Source of the DNA: Trichoplax adhaerens
Lineage: Eukaryota; Animalia; Placozoa
NCBI RefSeq assembly: GCF_000150275.1
Contig: NW_002061337.1
Span: 1 to 6,058 of the forward strand
Length of the DNA: 6,058 bases
Direction: 5' to 3'
Part shown: in pieces, positions 1 through 6,058 of the stretch
Layout of the letters: every line of letters starts with the position of its first letter
How positions within the stretch are numbered: position 1 is the stretch's first letter
Program-made: the position numbers and the translations under genes
The notes under the pieces: generated by a model
The model's database searches: none
The model's input: the letters and a program-made list of their open reading frames with translations, nothing else
Told to the model about the DNA's origin: nothing

Positions 1-462
1 TATCATGAAAGTACAATCTTCTAGTAGTCCCTGGTGCAAGTATGTTAAACTGTTGATATTATCAGTGTATCTTATCCATCCATACCAAAGGCTACCGATC
101 AATGAAGCCGAAGTAGATACAGTAAATGCTTTTGTTACCATGGGAGACATCAAGTGATCAGTTGAATGAGTTGGTCTGCACTGTCATTGTCCAATCATTT
201 CAATATTTGCAAACTACACCATTGGATTAAGCCTGCAAATCAACTGACGACAATAATAATTCACTCTTTCCCATTTCATCATTATCCATAGAGATTGGTA
301 TAAATAAATTAAAAAGTGCAAGATGAAATGGACAGCAGAATGCATTGGCAACCGCCGTTTTTCAAATCATTCCATGATTACAGTGCAATCATCAACGATT
401 ATGACAGGAGATGATCAAGGAGATTGTGGACGTATTTTATCTGTATCGAAGGGAGAATTCAC
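1..462 (-). other. Probable intron following the 571-463 exon, running off the window
   Basis: Begins with GTGAAT on the minus strand. AT-rich, with no in-phase continuing exon found in 1-460. Confidence 0.6.
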
Positions 463-571
463 CTTTATCCTGATCTGCATAGAGCCCATGGCATTCTCGT
501 AGTATCCTCTCATTTAAGGATAGTGTGGCTTTTTCGGTAGGATTGGAAGATATTCGTTGCTTCTTGGACAT
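463..571 (-). CDS. Probable first coding exon (MSKKQRISSNPTEKATLSLNERILRECHGLYADQDK+G) of a downstream gene; tentatively a conserved uncharacterised dynamin/EHD-like P-loop NTPase
   Basis: ATG at 571-569 sits in an A-rich Kozak-like context (gagaaaATG). There are 36 codons plus 1 nt, then a donor AAG|GTGAAT (GT at 462-461). NERILRECHxLYxDxxxG resembles, from memory only, the N-terminus of an uncharacterised animal P-loop GTPase-like family. The exon call is firmer than the product call. Confidence 0.68.
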
Positions 572-1200
572 TTTCTCTTGGTGGTGGAAAGGATTTCTAT
601 TCCCTGTCGAGCAACGATTGAACAGAATGGATCGCTGCGATTTGACTTCACCCGAGGTACTGTAGGTTACAGTACGACGTACTGTAGTTGGGTTCACTTA
701 TCAAAATAGATGTCACCCTCTGGCACTATAGCATCGCCATTCCAAGGCAATGATAGGCACATTATAGTGACATTGATTTGGTTCACTCACCTTATCAAAG
801 CTATAGTATCGTATTGGATAATTGAACAACTTGTTATCCGTTCCAAGTCAAATGGATGTCATCTTCAAATGTGTCTCTAGTATGCTATGACGGACATCTC
901 TTTCACTCAGCTTGAGAATACTGTGTAGTGTGCTGTACAGTACAGTACTAAAAAAGACAGGGCACGCTGTGTCAAGCTCCATAAACTGACGTTTTGGTAC
1001 CGTACCGTACCATGAGTGAACTGCACTATGGACTGAAGCAAGAAGGTTCAGGCCAGATTGGCAGTGGTTGACTGCACTTTGAACGCGCTCAGGCAAATCC
1101 TGTTGTCCAAGAGTGCGCAGGTGTCGACCGGTGACGTGTCGACGTGTATTTGACGTGACGTGTAACAGTGCAGTACTGTAGACCACGAAGGTCTCTTAGC
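572..1200 (-). promoter_or_regulatory. Candidate promoter/5'UTR region of the downstream minus-strand gene
   Basis: Lies immediately 5' of the ATG at 571. Visibly richer in GC and CpG than 2409-3451. Contains TGACGT at 987, 1132, 1151 and 1156, and a minus-strand CCAAT (gattgg, 1055-1060). Positional inference only; the TSS is unknown. Confidence 0.45.
997..1011. repeat. (GTACC)3 pentanucleotide microsatellite
   Basis: gtaccgtaccgtacc; the equivalent region in copy B is expanded. Confidence 0.85.
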
Positions 1201-2408
1201 TCATACTGTACATTAGAATATCAGATGATCCCATAATTAGCACTACGGCCATCTTGGTCTGTTCAAGCACTAGTCCAATAATCATCAATCCTATGTCAAA
1301 ATGACTGCAAATCCTGTTGTCTAAAAGTGCGCAGGTGCCGACCAGTGACGTGTACAGTGTAGTACACTACTGTTACTCGGACTGTGGACTCGATACTAGA
1401 TCACGAAGATCTCTTAGCTCATACTGTATTACAATACCAGATGATCCCATAATTAGCACTATAGCCTCCTTGGTCTGTTCAAGCACTAGTCCAATAATCA
1501 TCAATCCTATGTTAAAATGACTGCAAATCCTGTTGTCCAAAAGTGCGCAGGTGCAGACCAGTGACGTGTACAGTGTAGTACACTACTGTACTCGACTGTG
1601 GACTCGACACTACTGTAGATCACGAAGATCTCTTAGCTCATACTGTATTACAATACCAGATGATCCCTTAATTAACACTACGGCCATCTTGGTCTGTTCA
1701 AGCACTAGTCCAATAATCATCAATCCTATGTTAAAATGACTGCAAATCCTGTTGTCCAAAAGTGCGCAGGTGCAGACCAGTGACGTGTACAGTGTAGTAC
1801 ACTACTGTACTCGACTGTGGACTCGACACTACTGTAGATCACGAAGATCTCTTAGCTCATACTGTATTACAATACCAGATGATCCCTTAATTAACACTAC
1901 GGCCATCTTGGTCTGTTCAAGCACTAGTCCAATAATCATCAATCCTATGTTAAAATGACTGCAAATCCTGTTGTCCAAAAGTGCGCAGGTGCAGACCAGT
2001 GACGTGTATAGTGTAGTACACTACTGTACTCGACTGTGGACTCGACACTACTGTAGATCACGAAGATCTCTTAGCTCATACTGTATTACAATACCAGATG
2101 ATCCCTTAACTTCAAACTAGCACTACGGCCATCTTGGTCTGTTCTAGCACTAGTCCAATAATCATCAATCCTATGTTAAAATGACTGCAAATCCTGTTGT
2201 CCAAAAGTGCGCAGGTGCAGACCAGTGACGTATACAGTGCAGTACACTACTGTACTCGACTGTGGACTCGACACTAGATCACGAAGATCTCCTAGCTCAT
2301 ACTGTATTACAATACCAGATGATCCCTTAACTTCAAACTAGCACTACGGCCATCTTGGTCTGTTCTAGCACTAGTCCAATAATGAATCCTATGTCAAAAT
2401 GACTGCAA
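1093..2408. repeat. Tandem array A: 6 units of 214-226 bp
   Basis: Units start (gcaaatcctgttgtc) at 1093, 1307, 1523, 1742, 1961 and 2187, with lengths 214, 216, 219, 219, 226 and 218, and a terminal gcaa at 2405-2408. Units 3 and 4 look identical; unit 1 is the most diverged. Confidence 0.97.
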
Positions 2409-3451
2409 TACAGCCATGCAAATACATGCTTATCACCTCAAGATAGAAAGTATTTCAAAAAATCAGAAATCCTATTCCACAGACATCTGTAAACAGGTGT
2501 ATCGACAGTAGATAGATACAAGTATGTAATTCCAGGTTCATTTCTGAAAAGAAATTGAGACAATCATAAAGTTAGCATACGTTCAAAAATCAATCTATCC
2601 TTCCATAATAGAATTTCAATGCTGGAAAAGGGTAACTTTCAAGGTGAATCATGTCCATCGCTATTAATACGAGTATTACTCTACACCAAGAGCAGTACCA
2701 TTATTCAATTAAAATAATTCTCTTTCATTACTATACGAAAATAGTACAACGCTTTCCAACATAATAAACTGCATTCGTTGAACGATATATACAGGAAAAA
2801 ATGGATACGTCCATCATCCATAAAAAGAAGTGGATACACAGACTAAGCAATTATACTAAAAGCATATCAAAGTAGAAACTATGAGTACATACAGCAATCC
2901 ACTTTCAGGCTATATCTGATATCACCATCATACCATTCACTGTTATGAAATAATTCAAAATTTTCAAATTCACCAATAAATAGATAACAAAATAACATTC
3001 TCATTCAAAATTATTACAAGAATAATTGGAACATGAAAGCTGGTACAATGTATAGTATAACAATCGCAAAGATGGGTCAAAATAAAAGATTAAACAAGAA
3101 GATAACTTGTACTGTATCAAATTTCTCTGTTATGATGTCAAATTCTAAATAGTATCAAATACGTGATTTAAACGGCCTCAATAAATTTCAATATAACTCT
3201 AGTCAATAAAAAACAACATCAAACAATATTTTAAATAAAACATCCTAGCTTTTGAACTTGACTAGAATTAGAAATTATATCCTAGCATAAAATCACTCCA
3301 AGAAATTGGTTGGTTTAGCAATGTTGATAATAATCTTATACCAACAAATATGGAATGGATTACAATTTCAATATACAAGACCTTTCAATCAGGCTAAGTG
3401 TGTCACACTATTTCATCCAGAACTCCAATTTCATGCCACACATCGATTAAT

Positions 3452-3647
3452 TTAACGCCTTGTTAGCATCACAGCTAATGCTGCACCTGTTGCTGCATCG
3501 CCACTTGCCCCTATAGTTACAGGTAGGTGAAATTGACTTTCAACAATATCACGAATGAACGCATGAGAAGCCAGCAGCCGTCCACTACCAACAATACGAC
3601 GTATTCCAGCCTTTCGCAGAAACTCACCCAGCATCATATCATTTAAA
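3452..3647 (-). CDS. SHPK: Second copy of the SHPK C-terminal coding segment, truncated by the N gap (probably the other allele)
   Basis: Aligns without gaps to 5708-5903 (offset 2256) with 4 nucleotide differences. Encodes LNDMMLGEFLRKAGIRRIVGSG...DAATGAALAVMLTRR-stop. Confidence 0.85.
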
Positions 3648-3697
3648 NNNNNNNNNNNNNNNNNNNNNNNNNNNNNNNNNNNNNNNNNNNNNNNNNN
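3648..3697. other. Assembly gap (50 N)
   Basis: A run of exactly 50 n; a round number is typical of a placeholder scaffold gap. Confidence 0.99.
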
Positions 3698-4073
3698 TAT
3701 TCCCTGTCGAGCACGATTGAACAGAATGGATCGCTCCGATTTGACTTCACCCGAGGTACTGTAGGTTACAGTACGACGTACTGTAGTTGGGTTCACTTCT
3801 CAAAATAGATGTCACCGTCTGGCACTATAGCATCGCCATTCCAAGGCAATGATAGGCACATTATAGTGACATTGATTTGGTTCGCTCACCTTATCAAAGC
3901 TATAGTATCGTATTGGACAATTGAACACCTTGTTATCCGTTCCAAGTCAAATGGATGTCATCTTCAAATGTGTCTCTAGTATGCTATGACGGACATCTCT
4001 TTTACTCAGCTTGAGAATACTGTGTACTGTACTGTACAGTACTAAAAAAGACAGGGCACGCTGTGTCCAGCAT

Positions 4074-4143
4074 CATAAACTGACGTTTTGGTACCGTACC
4101 GTACCGTACCATAAACTGAAGCTTTGGTACCGTACCGTACCAT
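4074..4143. repeat. Copy-B-specific short tandem duplication (36 + 31 bp) containing (GTACC)4 and (GTACC)3
   Basis: cataaactgacgttttg(gtacc)n is followed by cataaactgaagctttg(gtacc)n. Copy A has a single 31-bp unit at 980-1010. Confidence 0.92.
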
Positions 4144-4226
4144 GAGTGAACTGCACTATGGACTGAAGCAAGAAGGTTCAGGCCAGATTGGCAGTGGTTG
4201 GTTGACTGCACTTTGAACGCGCTCAG

Positions 4227-4663
4227 GCAAATCCTGTTGTCCAAGAGTGCGCAGGTGTCGACCGGTGACGTGTCGACGTGTATTTGACGTGACGTGTAAC
4301 AGTGCAGTACTGTAGACCACGAAGGTCTCTTAGCTCATACTGTACATTAGAATATCAGATGATCGCATAATTAACACTACGGCCATCTTGGTCTGTTCAA
4401 GCACTAGTCCAATAATCATCAATCCTATGTTAAAATGACTGCAAATCCTGTTGTCCAAAAGTGCGCAGGTGCCGACCAGTGACGTGTACAGTGCAGTACA
4501 TGTACTGTACTCGACTGTGGACTCGACACTAGATCACGAAGATCTCTTAGCTCATACTGTATTACAATACCAGATGATCCCTTAACTTTAAACTAGCCCT
4601 ACGGCCATCTTGGTCTGTTCTAGCACTAGTCCAATAATGAATCCTATGTCAAAATGACTGCAA
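4227..4663. repeat. Tandem array B: 2 units (214 and 219 bp) of the same repeat, with the same flanks as array A
   Basis: Units start at 4227 and 4441, with a terminal gcaa at 4660-4663. The left flank (gaacgcgctcag) and right flank (tacagccatgca) are the same as for array A. Confidence 0.96.
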
Positions 4664-5707
4664 TACAGCCATGCAAATACATGCTTATCACCTCAAGATA
4701 GAAAGTATTTCAAAAAATCAGAAATCCTATTCCACAGACATCTGTAAACAGGTGTATCGACAGTAGATAGATACAAGTATGTAATTCCAGGTTCATTTCT
4801 GAAAAGAAATGGAGACACTCATAAAGTGAGCATGCGTTCAAAAATCAATCTATCCTTCCATAATAGAATTTCAATGCTGGAAAAGGGTAACTTTCAAAGG
4901 TGAATCATGTCCATCGCTATTAATACGAGTATTACTCTATACCAAGAGCAGTACCATTATTCAATTAAAATAATTCTCTTTCATTACTATACGAAAATAG
5001 TACAACGCTTTCCAACATAATAAACTGCATTCGTTGAACGATATATACAGGAAAAAATGGATACGTCCATCATCCATAAAAAGAAGTGGATACACAGACT
5101 AAGCAATTATACTAAAAGCATATCAAAGTAGAAACTATGAGTACATACAGCAATCCACTTTCAGGCTATATCTGATATCACCATCATACCATTCACTGTT
5201 ATGAAATAATTCAAAATTTTCAAATTCACCAATAAATAGACAACAAAATAACATTCTCATTCAAAATTATTACAAGAATAATTGGAACATGAAAGCTGGT
5301 ACAATGTATAGTATAACAATCGCAAAGATGAGTTAAAATAAAAGATTAAACAAGAAGATAACTTGTACTATATCAAATTTCTCTATTATGATGTCAAATT
5401 CTAAATAGTATCAAATACGTGATTTAAACGGCCTCAATAAATTTCAATATAACTCTAGTCAATAAAAAACAACATCAAACAATATTTTAAATAAAACATC
5501 CTAGCTTTTGAACTTGATTAGAATTAGAAATTATATCCTAGTATAAAATCACTCCAAGAAATTGGTTGGTTTAGCAATGTTGATAATAATCTTATACCAA
5601 CAAATATGGAGTGGATTACAATTTCAATATACGGTACCTTTCAATCAGGCTAAGTGTATCACACTATTTCATCCAGAACTCCAATTTCATGCCAAACATC
5701 GATTAAT
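4664..5707 (-). other. SHPK 3'UTR / downstream intergenic DNA (second copy at 2409-3451)
   Basis: Directly follows the SHPK stop. Strongly A-rich on plus (U-rich on the SHPK sense strand), with no ORFs. The transcript end cannot be placed. Confidence 0.55.
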
Positions 5708-6058
5708 TTAACGCCTTGTTAGCATCACAGCTAATGCTGCACCTGTTGCTGCATCGCCAGTTGTCCCTATAGTTACAGGTAGGTGAAATTGACTTTCAAC
5801 AATATCACGAATGAACGCATGAGAAGCCAGCAGCCGTCCACTACCAACAATACGACGTATTCCAGCCTTTCGCAGAAACTCACCAGGCATCATATCATTT
5901 AAATTATGAATAATTCCATATAAGAGGCCATTGACAACATTAGATAAATGCAAATTATGCGGTGTAATGTGTGANACGCAACCTCTGCGCTTTGGATCAT
6001 GCCTCTCACCCAATAATATCGGTTTCATTTTTAACGACGGTACAGATTCTACAGAAGA
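5708..6058 (-). CDS. SHPK: Sedoheptulokinase (SHPK/CARKL, FGGY carbohydrate kinase family), C-terminal coding exon, 5'-partial
   Basis: The frame is open from the window edge (SSVESVPSLK-MKPILLGERHDP...) to TAA at 5710-5708. The motifs P-x-L-L-GERH-x-P, GII-x-NL-xx-MMP, G-I-xx-I-VGSG and terminal DAA-x-GAAL match, in order and spacing, the SHPK C-terminus as I recall it (GERH...GIVQNLHSMLP...GVERVMGSG...DAAVGAAL). The ORF-track Met at 6028 is internal. A possible acceptor (ttctgtag|AA) would start the exon at 6048; otherwise it begins outside the window. The n at 5975 is the third base of GTN, so the X is Val. Confidence 0.93.
   Translation of the reverse strand, partial: SSVESVPSLKMKPILLGERHDPKRRGCXSHITPHNLHLSNVVNGLLYGIIHNLNDMMPGEFLRKAGIRRIVGSGRLLASHAFIRDIVESQFHLPVTIGTTGDAATGAALAVMLTRR

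Larger units (their letters stand above)
598..3647 (+). repeat. Copy A (3050 bp) of a large direct duplication flanking the gap
   Basis: Collinear with 3698-5903 from tattccctgtcga to catatcatttaaa, and ends exactly at the N run. Confidence 0.95.
3698..5903 (+). repeat. Copy B (2206 bp) of the large direct duplication
   Basis: Starts exactly after the N run. The 844 bp length difference from copy A is fully explained by -879 in the array plus small indels of +36, +4, +1, -5 and -1. Confidence 0.95.

Noticed and set aside
195-240. Possible second exon after the acceptor-like ttgcag|GC at ~232
   Set aside because: The in-phase reading gives GLIQWCSLQILK-stop with no convincing donor, so it is likely chance.
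158-350. Loosely nested short inverted repeats and four CCAAT/ATTGG in the intron
   Set aside because: Matches are 5-8 bp with non-coincident centres, which is expected by chance in AT-rich DNA.
572-697. 42-aa N-terminal extension of the 437-697 ORF
   Set aside because: It starts at GTG in eukaryotic DNA, and copy B has a 1-bp deletion in it (near the contig end). The ATG at 571 has a good context. The tail 437-462 lies beyond a splice donor.
689-861. Patchy short direct and inverted matches (ggttcact...ttatcaaa, ctatag.atcg, ttccaag, cactata/tatagtg)
   Set aside because: Possibly an old degenerate duplication, but spacing is inconsistent and there are no clear TIRs or target-site duplication to call a MITE.
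848-1186. 112-aa minus-strand ORF and its counterpart at 4002-4244
   Set aside because: Non-ATG starts, no recognisable protein features, and the frame is not preserved between copies (+4 and -5 indels).
1317-1958. Three 67-68 aa plus-strand ORFs (MSKSAQV...) as a tandem peptide gene cluster
   Set aside because: They start at TTG, simply track the repeat period, and are frameshifted relative to one another or broken in other units by indels that are not multiples of 3.
1093-2408. CRISPR array
   Set aside because: Units are ~219 bp and similar along their whole length. There are no unique spacers or cas genes, and the context is eukaryotic.
1093-2408. Retrozyme / hammerhead ribozyme satellite
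   Set aside because: The unit size fits, but the core is missing. Only CAGATGA (plus) and TTGATGA (minus) are present instead of CTGATGA, with no correctly placed GAAA and stems. An Infernal search would settle it.
3452-3796. 114-aa ORF spanning the gap
   Set aside because: A chimera of promoter-region sequence and the SHPK tail joined through 50 Ns.

Overview
AT-rich eukaryotic DNA, probably from an invertebrate animal; the organism cannot be named from the sequence. Two genes lie in tandem on the minus strand. The right end holds the last coding exon of a sedoheptulokinase (SHPK/CARKL, FGGY kinase family; 5708 to the window edge). The left end holds the probable first coding exon (571-463) of a downstream gene, followed by an intron. 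Between them are a U-rich 3'UTR/intergenic stretch, a tandem array of ~214-226 bp units, and a CpG- and palindrome-rich candidate promoter. The whole intergenic block plus the SHPK tail occurs twice (598-3647 and 3698-5903), directly on either side of a 50-N gap. The copies differ by about 2% and in array size (6 vs 2 units). The simplest reading is two uncollapsed haplotypes of one locus rather than a real duplication. I see no well-supported novel biological system. The best leads are the copy-number-variable array next to the candidate promoter, a compensatory base-pair change in a small hairpin inside the repeat unit, a Helitron-like 3'-end signature in the unit, and an 11-bp-phased alternating 8-mer upstream of the ATG.
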